Program-made: the position numbers and the translations under genes
Notes under the pieces: generated by a model
Seen by the model: the letters and a program-made list of their open reading frames with translations, nothing else
Told to the model about the DNA's origin: nothing
Databases searched by the model: none
In this document: positions 9,335 to 17,269 of the stretch, in pieces
Numbering within the stretch: position 1 is the stretch's first letter
Layout of the letters: every line of letters starts with the position of its first letter
From: an uncultured Candidatus Saccharibacteria bacterium
GTDB lineage: Bacteria; Patescibacteriota; WWE3; UBA101185; UBA10185
DNA length: 64,000 nt
Assembly (NCBI GenBank): GCA_964643995.1
Contig: CAZXUJ010000002.1
Location: 14,209 to 78,208, forward strand
Reading direction: 5' to 3'

Positions 9335-9514
9335 TTGGAAATACCTGAGACTAGTTTTGATAACTATGAAGCATTAGTGAAGCGGTCAATGAGTCGTGGA
9401 TTTTGGAATGAGATTGTTGGGCCAAATGATATATTTTTTATTTTTAAACATAAAGATGACGTAAAAGATATAATGCTGAAACACTATAATAAGTTAGTTG
9501 AGAGAAAAGCATGA
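9335..9514 (+). CDS. small ORF (59 aa, TTG start) whose stop overlaps the GNAT start (ATGA)
   Basis: (L)EIPETSFDNYEALVKRSMSRGFWNEIVGPNDIFFIFKHKDDVKDIMLKHYNKLVERKA. It is below the ORF-track cutoff. Its coding status is uncertain. Confidence 0.2.
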   Translation: MEIPETSFDNYEALVKRSMSRGFWNEIVGPNDIFFIFKHKDDVKDIMLKHYNKLVERKA

Positions 9515-9990
9515 TAGATGAATTTGAAATAATACAACTTACCCCTAATGACTGGAAGGAGTACAAAAAGATTAGACTTGAAACGTTACGTTGTGAGCCA
9601 ATTGCATTTTCTAGTACCAATACCGAAGCTCAGGAGTTTCCGGATGGTTACTGGAAAGAGTTACTATCAGAAAAAATGACAACTTTTTTTGCGGCAAGGG
9701 TCAAAAATGAGTTAGTAGGAGTTCTTAGACTTACGCTAGACGATGATGAGGAGGATACAGACACAGCAATAATAGGTGGAGTTTATGTAAGAAAGTGTAA
9801 TCGCGGCACAGGAGTCGGAAAGGCTCTTTTAGAAAGTGCTCTAACTAAGGTAAGCAATGAGGCAATAATTAAAAAGATTCGATTATACGTTAAGGAAAGT
9901 CAGATTCCTGCTATAAGGCTATATTCTAAACTCGGCTTCGAAATAATAGAAACCAAAGATGATGAACTCATAATGGAAAGACCAAACTAA
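9511..9990 (+). CDS. GNAT family N-acetyltransferase
   Basis: 159 aa. CNRGTGVGKALLESAL is the Q/RxxGxG/A acetyl-CoA motif. It is followed by a typical beta-strand/helix GNAT C-terminus (LGFEII). Confidence 0.7.
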   Translation: MIDEFEIIQLTPNDWKEYKKIRLETLRCEPIAFSSTNTEAQEFPDGYWKELLSEKMTTFFAARVKNELVGVLRLTLDDDEEDTDTAIIGGVYVRKCNRGTGVGKALLESALTKVSNEAIIKKIRLYVKESQIPAIRLYSKLGFEIIETKDDELIMERPN

Positions 9991-9991
9991 A

Positions 9992-10270
9992 CTAAAAAGG
10001 TATAAATGAACTTAACCCCAAAAGTGAAACGTTCATACCTAAAGTATTGCCTACTACGTAAACAATAGTTATAGCACTGAGAACCACTATCAAGCCAACT
10101 ATCGAATGTATCAAAGCATGTCTGGCTCTTTCGGCTTTTTCTTTGTTACCCATAGACGCCATGTATTGAATACCTGCAAGAATGATAAAAATAACTGAAA
10201 GCGAAATTCCTATTCCACTAAGAACATTGATCACGAGAGCAAATATATGTGCGGGAACGATACCAAGCAT
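9992..10270 (-). CDS. small two-helix membrane protein, possibly a TrbC/VirB2-like (CPR-type T4SS) pilin
   Basis: 92 aa with two long hydrophobic helices separated by the charged loop QYMASMGNKEKAERARHA. This architecture resembles conjugative pilin-like proteins. No other T4SS genes are in the window. Confidence 0.3.
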   Translation of the reverse strand: MLGIVPAHIFALVINVLSGIGISLSVIFIILAGIQYMASMGNKEKAERARHALIHSIVGLIVVLSAITIVYVVGNTLGMNVSLLGLSSFIPF

Positions 10271-10290
10271 ATTAAAAAGATTGTAACATC

Positions 10291-10318
10291 TTTACGACAT
10301 GTGATATAGACGTATAAT
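10291..10318 (+). promoter_or_regulatory. sigma70-like promoter for the ATP-grasp gene
   Basis: TTTACG, then a 16-nt spacer, then TATAAT. It ends 7 nt before the GTG start at 10325. Confidence 0.4.
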
Positions 10319-10324
10319 AGTTCT

Positions 10325-12457
10325 GTGTCAAAATTAGGTGATAAAATCCATACAAAAGAAATTTTAATGGTCTCTGATTTTGATGATACCTATACCCCAG
10401 ACGAGTTAGCAGCAGAAAAAAACTATTTAGAAAAACTAACTGCACAATTAGCTCAGTACAATGTGAAACTTACCGTTGAGGAAGTTGAGACTGAAAACGA
10501 CCTGCGCGAAATTTTGAAAAAGTACAACAAAAATGAAGTGGTCGTGTTTAACTGGTGTGAAAAACTGGGAAACAAAGAGGGCACAGAAAACAAAGTTGCA
10601 AGAGTATACGAGGATCTGGGTTTTAGATTTACCGGAGCTTCATCAAAAATACTAGAATTAACGGCTGATAAATACGAGATTGCGACCATACTTGGAAACC
10701 ATAATGTTCTGACTCCAAACAGTTACCTTATCAAAAAAAAGGATCCTGTTTTTAACACTGTAACGTTTGATGGAAAAATGATTGCTAAGTCCAACTCTTT
10801 GCATGCTTCTGCGGGATTACACAAAGACAATGTTGTAGAAAACAAGGAACAGCTGGAGAACATAGCAAAACGGATGTTTTCTGAAGTGGATACGGATGTT
10901 ATAGCACAACAATTTATTGATGGCGAAGAATTTACTTGTGTAGTTTGGGGTAATGAAAGCCCTAGCGCGCTCCCGATAATAAAATTAATATATAAGGACT
11001 CAAATGTTAGTGGCGTTTATACGAAAGACTCAAAATTCAACAGCGCATCAGAAGAATATAAAAACTGCATTTATGAACTGGTTACTAAGTCCAACGGAAA
11101 TGATTTATATACACAGTTACAAGAAACAGCTATAAAGGCCTATCAGGCTTTGGGTATGCGCGATTATGCGCGCATTGATTTGCGCTGTAAAAATAGCGAC
11201 ATTTATGTAATAGATGTAAATGCTAACCCATATATCAATGTTTTATCAGAAAATGAAAGCTGTGAGGTATTTAGGTGTTCGGAGGCTTTAGGGTACAATT
11301 GGGGAGAAACCATACTTCAAATATGCGAATTCGCTTATAAACGCACTCTAACTGAAAAAAAGATAAATAATGAAAATTATCAAACCGGACAAGTAAAAAA
11401 TGGATTAAAACTACCAGAGTATGTTAATAAAATTGCCATCGTGTACAGTCACGTAAAGCGAGAATACTTTCCAACAGAGGAACAATATATTACAGAAAAA
11501 GATGCAGGCAAAGATGCGGAGTTTATTGCAGAGGAAATAAGAAGATTTGGTGTTGATTGCAGAACTATACCAGCAGATGATTCCCTAGTGGAAAGTCTTA
11601 AAGAATATAAACCGGACATGGTATTTAACCTAGTGGACTCAGTAAAGGGTCTGGAATATCTTGCTTCGACTATTCCAGGGATTTTGGATATGCTAGACAT
11701 ACCATTTACAGGAGCAACATTATTGGGGCTCGCCCTATGTTACAACAAATTTCTTTCAAAAAAGCTTTTGCAAAGCGCCGGTATACCGGTTCCGAACTTT
11801 CAACTTTTTCACACACCTAACGACAAACTTGATATAGATCTACGTTTCCCACTAATTTCGAAGCTAAACGAAATCCATGGTGGGGTAGAAATAAATGAGT
11901 CGGCAATATCCGAGGACGAAAAACAGCTCAGGGAGAGACTGACATACTTAATGAAAACGTACGGGCAAGAGGTTGTTGTCGAAGAATATATTGCAGGTAG
12001 GGAAGCTGTAGCCATTGTGTTGCAAGGAAGCAATATTAAAATATACATGGGAGAAAAAATATTTAACAAACCTGATCAAAAATACATAATCACTACTTTT
12101 GAGGATCAGTGGGTGATTCCAGCTGCAGTAAAGGAAGAGGATGACATATACAGGTACGTTAAGTATGAGGATTCATTGTTGAAAGAGTATGTAAGACGAG
12201 CGTTTTATATAACCAACATGCTTGATTACGGCAAATTTGACATACGAATAGATGCCTCAGGCAGATATTATTTTATCGATTCAAATGCAAATCCAGCCTT
12301 TGGACCTAAGGCACTCTCTACTGCAATGGGCTATATTACACAAGGCTTATACAACGTACCTTTCAATGTAATCCTAAGAAGAATCATCTGCAACACCGTT
12401 GATGCTAGTGAAGCTATTCAAAACGGTGACGACATAACCTCCAGCGAAAGGGATTAA
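10325..12457 (+). CDS. fused tandem ATP-grasp ligase (two Ddl/RimK-like ATP-grasp modules, 710 aa)
   Basis: Both halves carry the ATP-grasp pattern. N-half: ...IAQQFIDGEEFTCVVWGNE.... C-half: ...LISKLNEIHGGVEI...QEVVVEEYIAGREAVAIVLQG... plus the downstream DIRIDASGRYYFIDSNANP (cf. NT.PG). GTG start; an alternative ATG lies at 10367. Confidence 0.6.
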   Translation: MSKLGDKIHTKEILMVSDFDDTYTPDELAAEKNYLEKLTAQLAQYNVKLTVEEVETENDLREILKKYNKNEVVVFNWCEKLGNKEGTENKVARVYEDLGFRFTGASSKILELTADKYEIATILGNHNVLTPNSYLIKKKDPVFNTVTFDGKMIAKSNSLHASAGLHKDNVVENKEQLENIAKRMFSEVDTDVIAQQFIDGEEFTCVVWGNESPSALPIIKLIYKDSNVSGVYTKDSKFNSASEEYKNCIYELVTKSNGNDLYTQLQETAIKAYQALGMRDYARIDLRCKNSDIYVIDVNANPYINVLSENESCEVFRCSEALGYNWGETILQICEFAYKRTLTEKKINNENYQTGQVKNGLKLPEYVNKIAIVYSHVKREYFPTEEQYITEKDAGKDAEFIAEEIRRFGVDCRTIPADDSLVESLKEYKPDMVFNLVDSVKGLEYLASTIPGILDMLDIPFTGATLLGLALCYNKFLSKKLLQSAGIPVPNFQLFHTPNDKLDIDLRFPLISKLNEIHGGVEINESAISEDEKQLRERLTYLMKTYGQEVVVEEYIAGREAVAIVLQGSNIKIYMGEKIFNKPDQKYIITTFEDQWVIPAAVKEEDDIYRYVKYEDSLLKEYVRRAFYITNMLDYGKFDIRIDASGRYYFIDSNANPAFGPKALSTAMGYITQGLYNVPFNVILRRIICNTVDASEAIQNGDDITSSERD

Positions 12458-13606
12458 TTATTCTGCAGATGCCAAAATTTCGACATCAGTTGTAGCCTCC
12501 ATAGGTATTAGTGCTGGCTCCATAAGCTGTTTGCTGTTCCAATCTTTAGTTTCTGTACTTATCAAACTTAGAATCGATATTTCCCTTATATCTTTAGCAC
12601 CAAGTATAAACTGCATAATTCTTTCGTTGCCAATGCCATAGCCTGCATGGGGTAAGGTTTTTTGGGCTAGGATCATACCTTCGGTATACCACTGAAAATC
12701 TTCATAGGTACCTCCACGCATCTCGTGCAACCGATACATTCTGGATGTTAGCAATCTAACCAAAAGTTTCACACCGTCATGTTCACGGACGGCCGCACCA
12801 ACAGACTCTCCAGAGAAAGGAAAAACACAATCGGCCGATAATACCACACGTGGGTCATCAGTACTAACTTTCATGTTAAAAAATTTAATGTCCTTAGGAT
12901 ATTTCATAATCAAAACGGGGGACCACGTCTCAATTGTGCTATCAGATCCTAAAGCAGACTTATTCATTAGTTCAACAACTTTTGCCTCGTGTTCGGACTC
13001 AAGATCATCACCAAAGCTAATTCTTTCAAACCCATTTTTTTGTAGCATTTTTACAGCATCCTCATAAGCGACTTTCAGGTAAGGACGACTCAATATTGCA
13101 TTAAGGTCTGAAGACTTGCGCCCAAAGTCGGAATCCAAGGCTATGTGATTATCGTCAACAACTGACTTAATCATCGCCTTAGTAGCATTTTCTATGTGCT
13201 CTAGTAAAGCCTCATACATAGTTTCTTCATCGTAGGAGTCGCGAGTCATACCTACACTCTTACAATCAAACTCCTCTTCAGTTAAGCGAAACTGGCGCAA
13301 ATGTCTTGCATCTTCTAACTCCTCGTCACGACCACTGTTAATTATTGTATAAACTCCGTGGGCTCCTTGTAAAACCTGCTCTAGTGCAAGCTGTCCGGTT
13401 TGTGTAAAAAACAATGGTAGGCCACATCTGTTACCAACCCGAAAAAGAGTATCTACATTTTCGCAAGCACCCGTAATGCCAACGATTGCAGGAACGTCTA
13501 CATATTGAAGTCCAAGATTTCTATAGTACTCCATAGATCCGTAAGTTAAAGACGAGTACATCTTGATTAAGGATCTAAAATTGTTACTTTGTAAGTCGTG
13601 CATCAT
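12458..13606 (-). CDS. class II aminoacyl-tRNA-synthetase-like catalytic-core protein (AsnRS/AsnA family, no anticodon-binding domain)
   Basis: 382 aa. Motif 2-like: ARHLRQFRLTEEEF (cf. RHL.EF.mlE.E). Motif 3-like: GYGIGNERIMQFILG. Motif 1 region: VDVPAIVG...LPLFFTQTGQL (cf. TP.I.....EGA..F...yL.QSpQL). This resembles aspartate-ammonia ligase AsnA / AsnRS paralogs. Confidence 0.6.
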   Translation of the reverse strand: MMHDLQSNNFRSLIKMYSSLTYGSMEYYRNLGLQYVDVPAIVGITGACENVDTLFRVGNRCGLPLFFTQTGQLALEQVLQGAHGVYTIINSGRDEELEDARHLRQFRLTEEEFDCKSVGMTRDSYDEETMYEALLEHIENATKAMIKSVVDDNHIALDSDFGRKSSDLNAILSRPYLKVAYEDAVKMLQKNGFERISFGDDLESEHEAKVVELMNKSALGSDSTIETWSPVLIMKYPKDIKFFNMKVSTDDPRVVLSADCVFPFSGESVGAAVREHDGVKLLVRLLTSRMYRLHEMRGGTYEDFQWYTEGMILAQKTLPHAGYGIGNERIMQFILGAKDIREISILSLISTETKDWNSKQLMEPALIPMEATTDVEILASAE

Positions 13607-13632
13607 TACCTCCTCTACCCTAAAAAGGGCAT

Positions 13633-13660
13633 AAAAAAAGCCTTTCGGCTTTTAAAAAAA
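13633..13660 (-). terminator. intrinsic-terminator-like hairpin (minus-strand sense) lying in the leader of the aaRS-like gene
   Basis: Minus strand: AAAAGCC GAAA GGCTTTTTTT. The T-tract is only on the minus-strand side. It ends ~25 nt before the GGAGG RBS and ATG of gene 12458-13606. A second hairpin, tccgcttgtaagcgga, lies at 13669-13684. Confidence 0.5.
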
Positions 13661-13725
13661 ATATACGTTTCCGCTTGTAAGCGGACATTTAAAATTAATT
13701 GGGGAAAATCTCATCAAAATATTAG

Positions 13726-13753
13726 TCTATATGAGTGAAATACAACATGTCAA
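13726..13753 (-). promoter_or_regulatory. sigma70-like promoter (minus strand) upstream of the hairpin leader of the aaRS-like gene
   Basis: Minus strand: TTGACA, then a 16-nt spacer, then TATAGA. Confidence 0.35.
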
Positions 13754-13796
13754 CACTTGCTAAACAAAACTTATCTTATCTTTACAAGCCCACTTT

Positions 13797-13997
13797 CTAA
13801 TGTAATGCGAACTCATTCAGAACAACATCAAATTTCACTAATTCTGCAACGCCAATGACTAGGGTAATATAAGGCATTTGTTCTGGACGATGCTTGATAT
13901 CATATATTTTCTTTATAGCAGCACTGCTTGATGCGATACAGTGCAAACCATAAATCGTATCAGTAGGCATTCGGCCAGCTTTTTCAGCAAGTAACAA
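13797..13997 (-). pseudogene. tsaC: N-terminal fragment (~70 aa) of L-threonylcarbamoyladenylate synthase TsaC/YrdC/Sua5
   Basis: ...IIDIADLLLAEKAGRMPTDTIYGLHCIASSSAAIKKIYDIKHRPEQMPYITLVIG... matches the YrdC N-terminus (AYPTEAVFGVGCD...LKQRP..KGLILI). The ORF stops after FDVVLNEFALH. All three frames are closed downstream, so the C-terminal ~120 aa are missing. Confidence 0.5.
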
Positions 13998-14627
13998 ATC
14001 AGCAATATCTATTATTTGATTACTTTTTGACTAATCTGCCAATAGACTACACCAAGAGCGTAAACACCGGTGTATATAGGAGGATTCTCACCTCTTACGA
14101 TGTAACGTCAGCGACATTTTTACCGTATGAAATGCTAAACAACGGTACTCTATATTTCTCGAAAGACACCATCGACGGGATGAATCGGGGTTGATGGCAA
14201 TACCATTTTATGCTTTACCAATATTGCTTAAAAAGATACCAGCACTTTACTATGGTGCGGATTTAGCAAGGCTGGTAGCTCTAGGGAGAATTTCTGCATC
14301 TTTTTACACGGCACTCTCAGTATCAGTATTTTATTTAGTACTTAAGGAACTAGACAGACTCAAAGGGGTAGCATCAAGCGGGTGGATTTATCCGCCAGTT
14401 CTGAAATTTTTTGTATGGATAACAGCCCCTCGTCCTTAAGATTTTTAAGTGCAATGTTAGCGTTATGCCAAGACGTGCGTTGCACTAGAATCATGCCAGT
14501 TATAATTTTTTCGCGTTCTAAAACGTCTTTACTCTCAGCACACCATTGTGGCCAATAACTAGCTGGTTCTCCAAGTCGTTAACTAATTTATGATATTCAT
14601 CAGGAAAATTTGCCATTCAAGTATCGG

Positions 14628-16016
14628 CTAAAAAATACGATCCACGATTGTAAAGATACTAAAACCGCCGTAAAACAGAAATGCAGCCGACATAATCATT
14701 ATTCGGACAGCGGATGGTCTTATGTTCTTACCAAGAGAGCTCATATTTAACCAAAGTGTTAAACCGCTATGAACAAACATTGCTATAGCGTTCATTACGG
14801 CTGCTGTAACAACAAGTTGAAGAGGTTCCGTGAAACCAAGCAAGAAAATCGCAATACCTGAGGCTATCTGTATCCATAAGACACTGTAATAAACCTTTGG
14901 TAAGAAGCGCTCCTTGATGCGATCATTAGAAACTAAAACAACATTTTCTGAAAGTATACGGCTTGTTGCATCAAAAACAGTTAGTTGCGTTGCAAAAAGC
15001 ATGATACCAGTAATGATAAGAAAAAAGATTTTGACAGTTGGCGAAAGTAATTCACCAATAACATTAGCCTGATTGATAACAAATGTAATATTTGAAGTTG
15101 CACCTGCTGTACCATGCAATGTTGTGTAAGCCAACATTGCGAGCAAAACCATTGTCACAGTCCCTGTAAGCCAAAATACAAAAAAGTGTTCTATGTTTAT
15201 ATTTTTCCACCATGTACGAAAGCGGGCGAGGTTTTCTGGGGATTCATCAAAAGTAGTACCCGCTAAAGAGATCTCTTCACTTTTGCCTGTTAGTAGGCTG
15301 GTGATGCGGCCAGCATATTTACCCATACCATAACCCTTCTCCTTAATGTAATTTGATTGGGCTAAATTGAGATTTCCACCTGCGCCGGCATAAGCAAGAG
15401 CACCTAAAAATGTTGCAAAAGGTAAACCTACAGGAATTAGCCAATAACCATCACCTTTACCGACAATGCCCTGTAAAGTATCAACTACAATAGATTTATC
15501 TGCAAGGTAAATAGAAAGCAAAAATATACTTGGAACGCCGAGAGTTATTAACACCTTTTGAATTCCCTCAACAGTTTTATAAAGGACTGGCCCCAAAGAT
15601 AAAATAATTCCTATAAGTATAAGCAAAGCAATTGCTAAATATTGGGTATCTTGTATTCCAAACAGATACCCAAGCAGCTTTGCAGAGGATGCTACAATTC
15701 CAGGCCATATCCATGGAAGAAAAGTAGATAAAATAAACCAAACAGGAAGAAGTTTAAATTTACGGTAAAAACCTACAAAGACGCTTTCACCTCTGGCTAA
15801 AGCATATCTTTCAATTTCCATATTCATAAAAAACTGAAAGGTTATTCCAATAACAGCCCCCCAAATAATACCCATACCAAACTTTGATGCTAAGAAAGGC
15901 CACAATATGAGTTCGCCACTACCTAAACCTAGTCCAAGAATAACAAAACTTGGGCCAATTATCTTACGTAAGAGAGGTGCTTGGGGGAATTCATTTCTTT
16001 TGAAATCAGTGAGCAT
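14628..16016 (-). CDS. NRAMP-family-like transporter with non-canonical metal-site motifs (NRMT-like?)
   Basis: 462 aa, ~11 TM helices. GPSFVILGLGLGSGE occupies the position of the NRAMP TM1 GPG...DPGN motif. AYAGAGGNLNLAQSNY occupies the position of TM6 A.MPHN.YLHS. The Asp/Asn/Met/His metal ligands are replaced by Gly/Ser/Ala. Confidence 0.5.
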   Translation of the reverse strand: MLTDFKRNEFPQAPLLRKIIGPSFVILGLGLGSGELILWPFLASKFGMGIIWGAVIGITFQFFMNMEIERYALARGESVFVGFYRKFKLLPVWFILSTFLPWIWPGIVASSAKLLGYLFGIQDTQYLAIALLILIGIILSLGPVLYKTVEGIQKVLITLGVPSIFLLSIYLADKSIVVDTLQGIVGKGDGYWLIPVGLPFATFLGALAYAGAGGNLNLAQSNYIKEKGYGMGKYAGRITSLLTGKSEEISLAGTTFDESPENLARFRTWWKNINIEHFFVFWLTGTVTMVLLAMLAYTTLHGTAGATSNITFVINQANVIGELLSPTVKIFFLIITGIMLFATQLTVFDATSRILSENVVLVSNDRIKERFLPKVYYSVLWIQIASGIAIFLLGFTEPLQLVVTAAVMNAIAMFVHSGLTLWLNMSSLGKNIRPSAVRIMIMSAAFLFYGGFSIFTIVDRIF

Positions 16017-16069
16017 TAGGGTAATGTTAGCACATTCACCTTATGCTAATAAACTGGCATAATATACAT

Positions 16070-17269
16070 ATGCCTGACCTAAAAAACATCTACGAATCAT
16101 TCGACTTGCCGAGCTTTACATTCCAAAAATTTGAAATTTATTATGAAAAGATCATTGAAAAAGCTCTAGAGGGACATACTTCAAATATCTATACATTTAA
16201 AAGTGTTGGAATAACCAGTAGATTAAAGTACATTGTCGCTAACAAAAGGCTTTTCAAAGATAAAAGGTTTGATCAGCACGTATTTATATTTATAGACCTG
16301 CAAAAATATATACTCTCACAAGATATTGCACTTAACGAATCATTGCAATTTGTTGAGGATATACCAATTGGAGAGTTTGATCTTCCCAGATATTTTGAGT
16401 TCATACGAGACTTAGTTAAACAAAAAAGGAAGGTGTTTTTTGTGGTAGGTGATGGGGGACTACTTTATTTCGATAAGGATCCACAATGTATTGCATTAAT
16501 TGACTCACTTAGATTGATAAGTTTTACTGACACAGGCTTTATTTTCATTAATCAAAAGGACAACACGTTACTTTCCTACGATGGATTGGAAACCATTGGA
16601 GGGTTTTTAAGCAAAAATATTGTTTGGGGTAAAGAATTATACTTTGATGCTCCAGAAATTACACACCTGCTGCAAAATGAGATTAAAAAAAGTAATACAA
16701 AAGCGAACGACAAAATAGTAGGCGTTATTAGTGAATTTTCTGAGGGTGATCCAAAAGTAGCAATTTATCTTTACTATAAATGGAAAGAAGATAATGAAGC
16801 ACTAGAACAGTTACTGAAAAAAGATTTTAAAAAATTCTATGAAACTCTTGATGCAAAGTGGCTAGATGCAAGATACGCAAGTATAGTAAGCTCACTCACT
16901 GATAAAAGCTACGATGACTTGATAACAGGCACACCAAACGAATATCTAGCTAACATAGGCTTGAATTTATTTATGAATCCGCTTTTTAACTTTTTCCTAA
17001 CAGAAAGATGCAAACCAAGAGAAACTAAGAATGAGTTTAAATTAACAGGACAAGAACAAATACTATATAGCTTGTTAAGCAAATTCAAAGACGAAACCAT
17101 TACACGAGACGATATTTCAGAAGCGCTCTGGGGAGATAAAGCTGACGAAAACTACAGTGATTGGGCCATTAATAAAGTGGTTTCGGAACTGAGAAAAAAA
17201 ATCAATTCAAAAAATCTAGAGATTAAATCAGTGAAAGGTGTAGGTTATATTTTAACTGAGAAACAATGA
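16070..17269 (+). CDS. protein of unknown function with a C-terminal OmpR/PhoB-type winged-helix DNA-binding domain (no receiver domain)
   Basis: The C-terminus ...LTGQEQILYSLLSKFKDETITRDDISEALWGDKADENYSDWAINKVVSELRKKINSKNLEIKSVKGVGYIL is a trans_reg_C signature (W..., ...GYxL). The N-terminal ~300 aa carry no recognisable domain. Start is set at MPDLKN; the ORF Met at 16043 is only 26 nt from the divergent NRAMP start. Confidence 0.55.
   Translation: MPDLKNIYESFDLPSFTFQKFEIYYEKIIEKALEGHTSNIYTFKSVGITSRLKYIVANKRLFKDKRFDQHVFIFIDLQKYILSQDIALNESLQFVEDIPIGEFDLPRYFEFIRDLVKQKRKVFFVVGDGGLLYFDKDPQCIALIDSLRLISFTDTGFIFINQKDNTLLSYDGLETIGGFLSKNIVWGKELYFDAPEITHLLQNEIKKSNTKANDKIVGVISEFSEGDPKVAIYLYYKWKEDNEALEQLLKKDFKKFYETLDAKWLDARYASIVSSLTDKSYDDLITGTPNEYLANIGLNLFMNPLFNFFLTERCKPRETKNEFKLTGQEQILYSLLSKFKDETITRDDISEALWGDKADENYSDWAINKVVSELRKKINSKNLEIKSVKGVGYILTEKQ

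Noticed and set aside
13600-13640. T-box riboswitch in the aaRS-like leader (tagggtagagg near the RBS)
   Set aside because: The TAGGGT string is downstream of the terminator. It overlaps the GGAGG RBS rather than forming an antiterminator. The AATTAGGGTGGNACCGCG T-box consensus is not present.
16909-17100. minus-strand 63-aa ORF inside the wHTH protein gene
   Set aside because: It is an antisense shadow.
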